The position numbers and the translations under genes are program-made. Below are positions 8,202-15,925 of a stretch of DNA of 63,080 bases, piece after piece; position 1 is the first letter of the stretch, and each line of letters opens with the position of its first letter. Under the pieces are notes generated by a model. The model ran no database searches. It was not told the origin of the DNA and saw nothing but the letters and a program-made list of their open reading frames with translations. This stretch comes from Dehalococcoidia bacterium. GTDB taxonomy: Bacteria; Chloroflexota; Dehalococcoidia; Dehalococcoidales; JAUYDJ01. The stretch lies in assembly GCA_020353235.1 (NCBI GenBank), contig CP070693.1:12847-75926 (forward strand). The letters run 5' to 3'.

Positions 8202-9398
8202 ATGCGGATTGAAACCCAAAGATATACCGAACGTTTCGGCCATGTGAGACTCAATGAAGTCCAGAAGGTCCTGGAATTAGATTCGGGCAAAGCCGAAGAA
8301 AACAAGGTGCCCGACATCGCCCTGCTCAAGATTGAAGAAGATGCCTTCCGGGAATACGAAGATAAAATGGCCATCGTCGTTCCGGTTAAAGACGAGAAGC
8401 TCAAGCTGTTTGAGGGTGTCATTAGCGGGGTACCTCATGACTGTCATATCATTGTCGTCTCCAATAGCAAGCGAAAGGGAGTTGACCGCTTCCGCATGGA
8501 GAAGGACGCCCTGCACCAGTACTGCCACTTCACCCAACGTTCAGCAATGATAATTCACCAGAAGGACCCGCTCCTGGCCAAGGCGCTGACTAAAGCCGGT
8601 TACCACGAGTTACTGAATGACGATGGATTAGTCCGCAATGGTAAATGCGAGGCAATGATCGCGGGCATACTGCTGGCTACCGTGCTCAAGAAGAGCTATG
8701 TCGGTTTCATTGATGCCGATAACTACTTCCCCGGTTCGGTCTGGGAATACGTTAAATGCTATGCCGCCGGCTTCAGCCTAAGCAAGTCCTCCAACGCCAT
8801 GGTCCGGATTTTCTGGCGCTATAAACCAAAAGTCTCCGCCGGGATGTACTTCAAGAAACTGGGGCGGGTTTCCGAAATTACCAACAAGCACCTGAACTCG
8901 CTGATTTCGTTCAACACCGGCTTTGAGACCGAGGTCATCCGAACCGCCAATGCCGGCGAGCATGCCATGAGCCTACGCCTGGCCCAACTGCTGCGCTACT
9001 CGTCCGGCTATGCCGTCGAGACACAGGAACTGCTGTCCATCTTTGAAGGCTTCGGTGGCGTCCTGCCGGTGGCCCAACCCCCGGGAGTCAAACTCGGCGT
9101 GGAGATATTCCAGATTGAAACCAGAAACCCCCACCTCCACGAGGAGAAGGGAGGTCGGCATCTGCAAGCCGAGATGCTGCTACCCAGCTTGAGCGCCATC
9201 TACTACTCGCAGTTATGTGACGGCTATACCCGGGAAAACATCATCGACGAGCTGGTCACGCAGGGGATTCTGAAGCAGAAAAATGAAGAGCCACCAGCCC
9301 CGCTTATGTACCGACCCCCCGCCGAGATTGACCTGGCAAAGTTCGAGGATATAATCGCCAAACATCTGGACTCCTATTCAGCCCTGGCCGAAGAATAA
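8202..9398 (+). CDS. mpgS: Mannosyl-3-phosphoglycerate synthase (GT55)
   Basis: Close motif-by-motif match to archaeal and Thermus MPGS as I remember them: MAIVVPVKDEKL, IIVVSNSKR, IHQKDP, GFIDADNYFPGSV, GRVSEITNKHLN, NAGEHAMS, EIFQIETRNPHLHEEKG. Confidence 0.92.
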   Translation: MRIETQRYTERFGHVRLNEVQKVLELDSGKAEENKVPDIALLKIEEDAFREYEDKMAIVVPVKDEKLKLFEGVISGVPHDCHIIVVSNSKRKGVDRFRMEKDALHQYCHFTQRSAMIIHQKDPLLAKALTKAGYHELLNDDGLVRNGKCEAMIAGILLATVLKKSYVGFIDADNYFPGSVWEYVKCYAAGFSLSKSSNAMVRIFWRYKPKVSAGMYFKKLGRVSEITNKHLNSLISFNTGFETEVIRTANAGEHAMSLRLAQLLRYSSGYAVETQELLSIFEGFGGVLPVAQPPGVKLGVEIFQIETRNPHLHEEKGGRHLQAEMLLPSLSAIYYSQLCDGYTRENIIDELVTQGILKQKNEEPPAPLMYRPPAEIDLAKFEDIIAKHLDSYSALAEE

Positions 9399-9407
9399 AA
9401 CCAGCCG

Positions 9408-10244
9408 ATGAGTCTAAACAATAAGCATAGCTCTGCCGCCAAAACGGTTATCTTCACCGACCTGGACGGTAGCCTGCTTGACCCGTTTACCTACTCCGAG
9501 GCGGTCACCAGCACGCTGGTAGCCAGCATAGTAGATAAGGGCATACCCCTTATCTTCTGCTCCTCAAAGACCCGCGCCGAGCAGGAGGTATACCGCCGAA
9601 GGATGGGCATAGCCGACCCCTTCATCGTGGAAAACGGGGGCGCCATTTTCATCAAGCGGGGCTATTTCCCCTTTGCCTACCAGTACCAGCGTGTCTTTGG
9701 TGACTATCATGTCATCGAGCTGGGCATAGCCTACCCCGAGATAAGAGAAAGACTGAAAGAAATCAGCCGGCAGCACAAACTAACCATCACCGGCTTCGGG
9801 GATATGACGCCAGCCGAAATCGCCAAGCTTACCGGGCTTGATTTGGCCTCAGCCAAACTGGCCCAAGAGCGGGAATACGAAGAGTCGCTCCATCTAGAAG
9901 ACAGGGATATTGATTCTATTCTCCCCAAAATAGCCGCCGCCGGGCTTACCTGGAACCGGGGCGGCAAGCTCTACGGCGTCAGCGGCGGCAACGACAAGGG
10001 CAGAGCAACCCAGATGCTCACCAGGCTGTTCAGGCAAAAACTAGGCCGGATAAAAACGATTGGCATCGGCGATAGCTCCAACGATTTACCCATGCTCGCC
10101 GAGGTTGATTTCCCGGTCCTGGTGCAAAAACCGGGCCACGGCTGGGAGGAAATCGACCTGCCCAGACTCTACCGTGTAAAGGGGGAGGGGCCCCGGGGGT
10201 GGACTCGTGCCATTAGAGAACTAACCAGCATATCAGGCAGCTAA
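9408..10244 (+). CDS. mpgP: Mannosyl-3-phosphoglycerate phosphatase (HAD-IIB)
   Basis: HAD motifs FTDLDGSLLD, SSKT and GIGDSSNDLPML. Lies immediately downstream of mpgS. Confidence 0.85.
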   Translation: MSLNNKHSSAAKTVIFTDLDGSLLDPFTYSEAVTSTLVASIVDKGIPLIFCSSKTRAEQEVYRRRMGIADPFIVENGGAIFIKRGYFPFAYQYQRVFGDYHVIELGIAYPEIRERLKEISRQHKLTITGFGDMTPAEIAKLTGLDLASAKLAQEREYEESLHLEDRDIDSILPKIAAAGLTWNRGGKLYGVSGGNDKGRATQMLTRLFRQKLGRIKTIGIGDSSNDLPMLAEVDFPVLVQKPGHGWEEIDLPRLYRVKGEGPRGWTRAIRELTSISGS

Positions 10245-10319
10245 CCACTTATTATCAACATGAAACCAAAGTTGGCATTATTTTAAGCAGTGTGGTATAT
10301 TATAGCTAATAAATTTTTA

Positions 10320-10401
10320 CCACTAGGGGAGCTAGAAGGCTGAGAGTCCGGAAGGGACACCCTTGGAACCTGATCTCGACAATGCGAGCGTAGGGAAGTG
10401 G
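10320..10401 (+). promoter_or_regulatory. TPP (THI-box) riboswitch aptamer
   Basis: Canonical elements are present: GGGGAGC...CUGAGA...ACCCUUGGAACCUGAUC...AAUGC..GCGUAGGGAA. P1 is CCACU/AGUGG. Confidence 0.9.
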
Positions 10402-10407
10402 AGACTC

Positions 10408-10453
10408 AAAACCAGAAGCCTCTAAAAAAATCTGGGCTCCTGGTTTTCTTTTG
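10408..10453 (+). terminator. Riboswitch expression platform: intrinsic terminator hairpin with U-tract
   Basis: AAAACCAG (10408..10415) pairs with CTGGTTTT (10440..10447), plus an inner GCC/GGC extension. Followed by CTTTTG. Confidence 0.6.
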
Positions 10454-10484
10454 CCTTTTCTCCGCCTAGCAAAAAGGAGGAATC

Positions 10485-11507
10485 ATGTTACCACAGATTG
10501 GAAAGGTCGACCGAGCCACCTTTGACAGCCTAATTTTGCCCCGGCTAGGGAAGGTGGACAAAACAGTCTTGGTCGGACCACAGCACGGGGTTGATGCTGC
10601 CGTGATTGAACTGCCCGATGGCAATGTCATGGTCATCGCGGAAGACCCCACCTTCGGTTTGCCAGTACTGATGCCCCACTTCGGCTGGTGCATTGTGCAC
10701 ATCTGCGCCAGTGATGTAGCCGTGCTGGGGGTGAAGCCGAGATATCTGACTATCTGCCTGATGCTCCCCCCCGGCTCCGAGGACAACGTGCTGGAGCACA
10801 TCTGGAAAGAGATTCATCAGGAATGCCAGAAGCTGGATATCACCATTGTCGGTGGGCATACTGGTATTTACCCCGGCATCGCCTACCCCCTTAATGGCGG
10901 CTGCACTGTCATCGGGGTGGGGTCTAAGGAACAGCTCACCCCCGCCTCCAATGCCAAGGTCGGCGACCGGGTTATCATCACCAAGGGCCCCGCCATTGAA
11001 GCCGCCGGCATACTCGCCTTTCAGGCAGAGGCAGCCCTGGAAAAGAAGCTGGGCCGGGATACTGTCGCCAAAGCCAAAGACTACTTCCTTCAGATGAGCG
11101 TGGTCAAAGACGCGATTACCGCCGGCCCCTATGCCCATGCCATGCACGATGCCACCGAGGGCGGACTGCTCAACGGTGTCTATGAGATTGCCGCCGCCTC
11201 GGGCACCGGAGTAACCTTATTTGAAGATAGAATCATCACCCCTGAGGAGATTGAAGCGGTCTGCCAGCATTTTGATATTGACCCCCTCATCTCAATAAGC
11301 GAGGGGACACTGGTGATTACCGCCCCACCCCAGAAAACCCCGGGCTTACTTAAAGATTTAAAGCAAAACAGCATTAACGCCTGGGATATCGGCGAGATAA
11401 CACCCAAAGACAGGGTCTTTATCCGGCGCAACGGTAAAAAAGAAGAGCTAAAGCCGGTGATGGTTGACCCGTTCTGGGCAGCCTACTTCAGCACCCTGGA
11501 GGGGTAA
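10485..11507 (+). CDS. AIR synthase-related (PurM/ThiL/HypE-fold) ATP-utilising protein, TPP-riboswitch controlled
   Basis: N-terminal G(V)DAAV...AEDPTF and ASDVAVLG.KP motifs. Central IVGGHTG. C-terminal MHDATEGGL. All are typical of the PurM superfamily. AAGGAGG RBS. Confidence 0.75.
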   Translation: MLPQIGKVDRATFDSLILPRLGKVDKTVLVGPQHGVDAAVIELPDGNVMVIAEDPTFGLPVLMPHFGWCIVHICASDVAVLGVKPRYLTICLMLPPGSEDNVLEHIWKEIHQECQKLDITIVGGHTGIYPGIAYPLNGGCTVIGVGSKEQLTPASNAKVGDRVIITKGPAIEAAGILAFQAEAALEKKLGRDTVAKAKDYFLQMSVVKDAITAGPYAHAMHDATEGGLLNGVYEIAAASGTGVTLFEDRIITPEEIEAVCQHFDIDPLISISEGTLVITAPPQKTPGLLKDLKQNSINAWDIGEITPKDRVFIRRNGKKEELKPVMVDPFWAAYFSTLEG

Positions 11508-11508
11508 G

Positions 11509-12102
11509 GTGAATAAAACGCAAGACAGCGACCAGATACTGGGCAACCTGGCACAGGCGGCTAAAATGCTGGAAGATTGCCCGGAGTTTACCGCCCTCAT
11601 ACCGGAGGTAAGGGTCAATCTGGTTTATGCCCTGCCCGGGGCTATATCCCCGCAGCAGGTGGCGGCGATAGAGGGTAGAATAACGGCAGTTCGGGGGCAT
11701 CCCTATGCCCCCGGTCTGCCTACTTTCGGGGCGTCAGACCATATGGCGCGTCTGGTACTTGAGGTACGCAAATACGACGCCGAAATTAATGCCGGTATCA
11801 ACTTCAAGTGCGACCCGGCTATCATTAAAGTGGTCAAGGATTACGGCGCCGAGAAGGGGCTGCTCTTCGGCTGGATTGACCGCCGCCACGAACCGGATGA
11901 GGTTGCCCAACGGGATGGCACATCTATGCCCTGGAAGATAAAACAGTTGGCGGAAAGATACGGGGCGATACCCCGCTTATTCTACGAAGGGGAAGGCTGG
12001 GGAAAAGAACCGCTGTTTGTTGCCACTGGCAAAAATGCCGCGGCGGTAACCGAAATCGCCATTGACATTGCCCGGCGCTACCGGGACAAAAGCGGGCAGT
12101 AA
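11509..12102 (+). CDS. thiN: ThiN-type thiamine-phosphate synthase family protein
   Basis: LIPEVRVNLVYA, FGASDHMARLVL, DRRHEPDE and GEGWGKEPLF match the archaeal ThiN domain pattern. Start placed at the GTG after GGAGGGG. The longer ORF from 11464 overlaps the upstream gene. Confidence 0.8.
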   Translation: MNKTQDSDQILGNLAQAAKMLEDCPEFTALIPEVRVNLVYALPGAISPQQVAAIEGRITAVRGHPYAPGLPTFGASDHMARLVLEVRKYDAEINAGINFKCDPAIIKVVKDYGAEKGLLFGWIDRRHEPDEVAQRDGTSMPWKIKQLAERYGAIPRLFYEGEGWGKEPLFVATGKNAAAVTEIAIDIARRYRDKSGQ

Positions 12103-12111
12103 TTATTTTAA

Positions 12112-13188
12112 TCAGACGGTGGCGATTTCATAGTCCAAGCTACCCATACCCAGCTTGGCGGCTACCTCCAGCTGGATTAAGCTGCTGACGCCGTGCAATC
12201 TACCCAACAGGTCAGGCGGTCTAGTCTCAGTGGTAATCAGCGGTGCCCGGTCAATCAAGTCCAGCGAGGCTTTGTCCATCGCCACCGGGTCATAGGCAGC
12301 CAGAATGCCGACATCCGCCACCAGATAACTCCCCGAGGCGGCGGCGCAGTCGCAGTATGGGGTCACATCCTGAATAACGTTGATATACCCCACCCTGCCC
12401 TTGAACTGGGCATGTATCACTGCCGCGGCGTGAGCCATCTCCACCTGAAGTTTTTCTTTAACGCCCTCGGGCCAGAACCAGGCGTCGTTGGGGCAGGTAA
12501 AGCGACAGTCACTGCAGGCATTGCACTTATCCCGGTCACGATTCAGCCGGCCCTGGCTGATGGTCAGCGCCGCGGTGGGGCATATCTTGACGCAGTCCCC
12601 GCAAAGGTCACAGCGGGAGTCGTCATGCGCCGGGCAGTTCACCATATGCTGGGCACGCTTGGTCTCCTTGGTAACACAGCCCATCGCCAGGTTCTTAAGG
12701 GCGCCGCCAAAGCCGGAAAGGGCGTGCCCCTTGACATGAGACAGCACAAGCATATTGTCCGCCGGATAGATTCTCGAGGCGAGCCTGACCTCCCGCAGCT
12801 GGCAACCCCGAATGGGATTTGGCACCGGCAGCGAGATGGCAGAATTTTCATCATCGGCAATAACGATGGGGGCGCCAATGCTGTCGGCAACAAAGCCATT
12901 GCTGGCGGCGGTAGCTAAATATCCGGCCACGGTACCCCTCCCACCGGGATAGTTAACCGTGGTATCGGTGGCAAAGGGCCTGCCGCCGGCTTTCTTGACC
13001 AGGCTAATAATCTTAGCGGCAAAAATCGGCCGCAGATAGGCGGTGTTCCCCAGCTCACCCATATGGAGCTTGACCGCCACCGAGCCCCGGGCTACTTCAG
13101 CCAGTCCCAGCCTGTCAAAAAGGGCTTCCAGACCAGCTAAAATGTTGCCTTTTCGGGAGTAATCAAAGAAAAGAACCCTGGATTTCAT
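12112..13188 (-). CDS. DUF362-like protein with an inserted 2x[4Fe-4S] ferredoxin domain
   Basis: CDLCGDCVKICP and CNACSDCRFTCP motifs. The flanking sequence resembles the DUF362 family (from memory). 4-nt overlap with the upstream gene. Confidence 0.65.
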   Translation of the reverse strand: MKSRVLFFDYSRKGNILAGLEALFDRLGLAEVARGSVAVKLHMGELGNTAYLRPIFAAKIISLVKKAGGRPFATDTTVNYPGGRGTVAGYLATAASNGFVADSIGAPIVIADDENSAISLPVPNPIRGCQLREVRLASRIYPADNMLVLSHVKGHALSGFGGALKNLAMGCVTKETKRAQHMVNCPAHDDSRCDLCGDCVKICPTAALTISQGRLNRDRDKCNACSDCRFTCPNDAWFWPEGVKEKLQVEMAHAAAVIHAQFKGRVGYINVIQDVTPYCDCAAASGSYLVADVGILAAYDPVAMDKASLDLIDRAPLITTETRPPDLLGRLHGVSSLIQLEVAAKLGMGSLDYEIATV

Positions 13189-13601
13189 TTAGCCTTCGCA
13201 CGCGATACCAATGTTTTAACTGCCTGATAGAACTCATCCGGGGACTTGCCCTCGGCCAGCTTCTCCATAGGGCAGATATCATCTCCCACCTGAATTTGGT
13301 TGACGATACTGGAAAAATGATAGCTGATGCCAAACTTCTCCAGGCTCTGCACCGCCGCCTGGCTAGCCACCGGGCTATACACCGTAAGGCAAAGGGCTTT
13401 CTTTAATAGTAAGGCAGCGGCATTGCCCACGACGCGGTCATAGATGATTACCCCCTCTGCCTGGGGCACAAAGGCCTTAATATAATCAAGAAGGGGCAAT
13501 AACCTTTTCTTTCGGGACTGGAAAATCAGTTTGGTTCCTTGATATACCCACAGTGCGTCCCGGCTACCAGCAAACTCTTCTAATAATTTACTGCCGTGCA
13601 T
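13185..13601 (-). CDS. Small soluble hypothetical protein (possibly DUF1893-like; weak recollection)
   Basis: 138-aa ORF translationally coupled on both sides (overlaps of 14 nt and 4 nt). I cannot verify any motif. Confidence 0.5.
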   Translation of the reverse strand: MHGSKLLEEFAGSRDALWVYQGTKLIFQSRKKRLLPLLDYIKAFVPQAEGVIIYDRVVGNAAALLLKKALCLTVYSPVASQAAVQSLEKFGISYHFSSIVNQIQVGDDICPMEKLAEGKSPDEFYQAVKTLVSRAKAK

Positions 13602-14163
13602 CTCGCATTCCCCAATATTGTCCTAGCCACCTAACCAGAAGCGGGAGGATAATTAGCTGACTGAGCATGCCCGGCCAGCCCTGAGCGATAACCGACCATA
13701 CATAGTGAAAAGGGTTAACTCCGCCCAAGTAGATTAATAAAACCGCCAACCCGAGGCATAGCCGCCCGATGAGCATGGCACCGACCACCGACCAGATAAT
13801 ACCCAGCTTAAATCTCTCCCGCAGGATACCGGCGGCTAGGCCATAAAAGACGACTTCAACTGTAATCTGGGGCAATACGGCTAATACCGGCATCCCGGAA
13901 ACACCAAAGCTGACCAGCGGGGTGACCAACCCCACCAGTAAACCAGCCCTCCAGCCAAACAAAAGACCGGCTAGAATAACAAAGAGGTGCATCGGTAAAA
14001 AAGTGGGTCCGGCCAGGGGGTAGAACTGATGGCAGGCCCAGGGCACCAATACATCCAGAGCAATAAAGACGCCGGCCAAGAGATAAAGGCGAGCCTCGTT
14101 TAACTTTAAGGCCCGAAAAGGAACAGTGGCAGAGGTAGCTGGTAATTCAACCTGATTGCCCAT
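13588..14163 (-). CDS. ECF S-component-like membrane protein (ThiW-like topology)
   Basis: LPMHLFVILAGLLFGWRAGLLVGLVTPLVSF..GMP resembles the TM core of ECF S components. Start placed at the ATG after AAGGAGAAG. The longer ORF to 14301 lacks an RBS. Confidence 0.55.
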   Translation of the reverse strand: MGNQVELPATSATVPFRALKLNEARLYLLAGVFIALDVLVPWACHQFYPLAGPTFLPMHLFVILAGLLFGWRAGLLVGLVTPLVSFGVSGMPVLAVLPQITVEVVFYGLAAGILRERFKLGIIWSVVGAMLIGRLCLGLAVLLIYLGGVNPFHYVWSVIAQGWPGMLSQLIILPLLVRWLGQYWGMRDARQ

Positions 14164-14436
14164 AGCTAAAAGCTTCTCCTTCCTTAATAATATATGGGGA
14201 TTATACCGTGCCGAAATAGCGTAGTAAAGGTTGAGGAGTGTCATTACGCCGGTTATTTTGAGGTTATTGACAAGGGTATTGACAATTATTTTAACAAGCA
14301 TTAAACTTAAGCTGCTGTGCGGCAGGACCCTAAGATAATGGATTTTGTTTACTGGCTAGGAGCTTAGGGAATGAGTCAACGTCGTAGACGTGTTCATTTT
14401 AACGCAATAAAAACCGACCACTTAAGTAATCGCACT

Positions 14437-14457
14437 GTTACCCTCAGTAAGGGTAAC
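14437..14457. promoter_or_regulatory. Perfect 8-5-8 inverted repeat GTTACCCT-cagta-AGGGTAAC upstream of the OFOR promoter
   Basis: Direct reading. Lies 25 nt upstream of the -35 box at 14482. Confidence 0.45.
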
Positions 14458-14481
14458 GCCCAAAATCAGCATAAACCCCTA

Positions 14482-14510
14482 TTGACAAACCCCATACCCG
14501 CGTTTATAAT
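14482..14510 (+). promoter_or_regulatory. Perfect consensus sigma70-type promoter (TTGACA-17 nt-TATAAT) for the OFOR/TTT operon
   Basis: TTGACA at 14482..14487 and TATAAT at 14505..14510. Implies a leader of about 205 nt before the ATG at 14722. Confidence 0.65.
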
Positions 14511-14721
14511 AGACGCAATCAACGAGGCTTCCCCTAGGTTTATAGTAGGCAAAAATGCAGCTTACACTGATTTCCCTATCGGTCAATGCAACGTGGGAAA
14601 TATCTTCTTACATCCCATAGACGAATCTAAAGGGGGGCTTATTACGCCTGCGGGCTAGAAAGGAGGGAACGCAGCGAAAAACTAGCCACTCTATTCAAAT
14701 TGAGAAGGAGGTTTCAAGTAC

Positions 14722-15870
14722 ATGGCAGTTTATGCAGTCGAAATTACAAATAGAGGAGTTTACCAATACAATCTGGGTAGGAGAATCAGCCGAGACGTTG
14801 TTTTAGCGGCTCGCAAGATGGGAAGAGTCGGGGTTGCCTTCGGGCGCTACAGCGATTCACCAGAGCGTAACGGCATCCCAATGAAATGGTTCGCCGTTAT
14901 CGCCGAGAATAATGATGAGCTCGAAGAACAGATGGCGAAATACTATCCCGAAGTTGTGGATGCTGCCATAGTCCTCGATGACACCCTGCTCAAAGGTGTT
15001 GAGTCCTGGTCATGGGACGGTCTGCACCCCGTCAACGAGCGCGTCAAGGAAAAGGGTGTGATGATAGTGGTGAGTGACCAGTCCCACGATGAACTGCTGA
15101 AGGACGTCCATACCAAGGATCTTCCCTACAAGCTGATAACCATCCCTGGTGAGGCTAGCTTCTCCGGAATGTGGATAATCCGGGACGACAAAAGCGAGGC
15201 CCGAATTATGGGTGCCCTCGCCGCCGCGCTACCGGATATGATCAGCCCAGATGCAGTACAGCAGATCTTCAAGGACAAGGCTGACCAAGACGCTGCGGCA
15301 AGGGCTGCCAAGCAGATGGTGACCAGAGTGGTCGAGCCAGGCGAAGGCAATCCAGCCGAACCCTACCGCTACGAGCTGCCGGTTTGGCAGGACCTGACCG
15401 AGTATGGGATAGCGGTAGTTGGTATGGGCAAGGGTGGCGGCTATCACGGTGGTAAAGAAGGCTACGAGCCAACACGCAGTACCACCTTCCGGAAGCACCT
15501 TAGCCGCACTTTCCGTCCAATGACCAATTTTGACGCCTGCACGCAGACCAGAGATTGCTGGCTCAACTGCCCTGATGAGGCCTACAACGTTACCCCCGAT
15601 GGCTTCTTTGAGACTGACTATGGTGCCTGTTCCGGCTGTGGTAAGTGTGCCGAGGTATGCCCGGAGAAAATCATCGTCATGGTACCAGAGTCAGAATTTG
15701 AGGATGAAGCCAGTGTCTACGAGATGTGGAAGAAAGACAAGGCCGCTTACAAGAAGTTCTTCGATGAAAAGTCAGCCAAGGGCTGGTTCGCTGGGCAGCT
15801 GGTTGGTCCTCACGGATACGTTCGCAAGGGCCAGTACGAAGAAGAAATAAAGAAAAAGGGCATAAAGTAG
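14722..15870 (+). CDS. 2-oxoacid:ferredoxin oxidoreductase, fused divergent gamma plus delta (ferredoxin) subunit
   Basis: The C-terminus has CTQTRDCWLNCP and CSGCGKCAEVCP motifs. The N-terminal domain has gamma-like length and position but lacks the usual G-G-Q-G motif. GAAGGAGG RBS. First gene of a gamma/delta-alpha-beta set. Confidence 0.7.
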   Translation: MAVYAVEITNRGVYQYNLGRRISRDVVLAARKMGRVGVAFGRYSDSPERNGIPMKWFAVIAENNDELEEQMAKYYPEVVDAAIVLDDTLLKGVESWSWDGLHPVNERVKEKGVMIVVSDQSHDELLKDVHTKDLPYKLITIPGEASFSGMWIIRDDKSEARIMGALAAALPDMISPDAVQQIFKDKADQDAAARAAKQMVTRVVEPGEGNPAEPYRYELPVWQDLTEYGIAVVGMGKGGGYHGGKEGYEPTRSTTFRKHLSRTFRPMTNFDACTQTRDCWLNCPDEAYNVTPDGFFETDYGACSGCGKCAEVCPEKIIVMVPESEFEDEASVYEMWKKDKAAYKKFFDEKSAKGWFAGQLVGPHGYVRKGQYEEEIKKKGIK

Positions 15871-15925
15871 AAAGCTAATTCCCCCTCAGCTTGCTGGGGG
15901 GAGATAACCAGAAAGGAGCGTTAGC

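Noticed and set aside
10545-12918. Antisense ORFs 10545..11147 (minus strand, 200 aa) and 12193..12918 (plus strand, 241 aa)
   Set aside because: They lie opposite the PurM-fold gene and the DUF362 Fe-S gene respectively. They have no motifs and no RBS.
13588-14301. Long form (237 aa) of the S-component-like ORF
   Set aside because: The extra 46 N-terminal codons are AT-rich, lack an RBS and overlap the likely promoter. The ATG at 14163, preceded by AAGGAGAAG, is a better start.
14371-14658. 95-aa plus-strand ORF in the OFOR upstream region
   Set aside because: It has no RBS. It runs straight through the inverted repeat and the consensus promoter at 14482..14510. Its composition is atypical. 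I interpret the region as regulatory or leader DNA.
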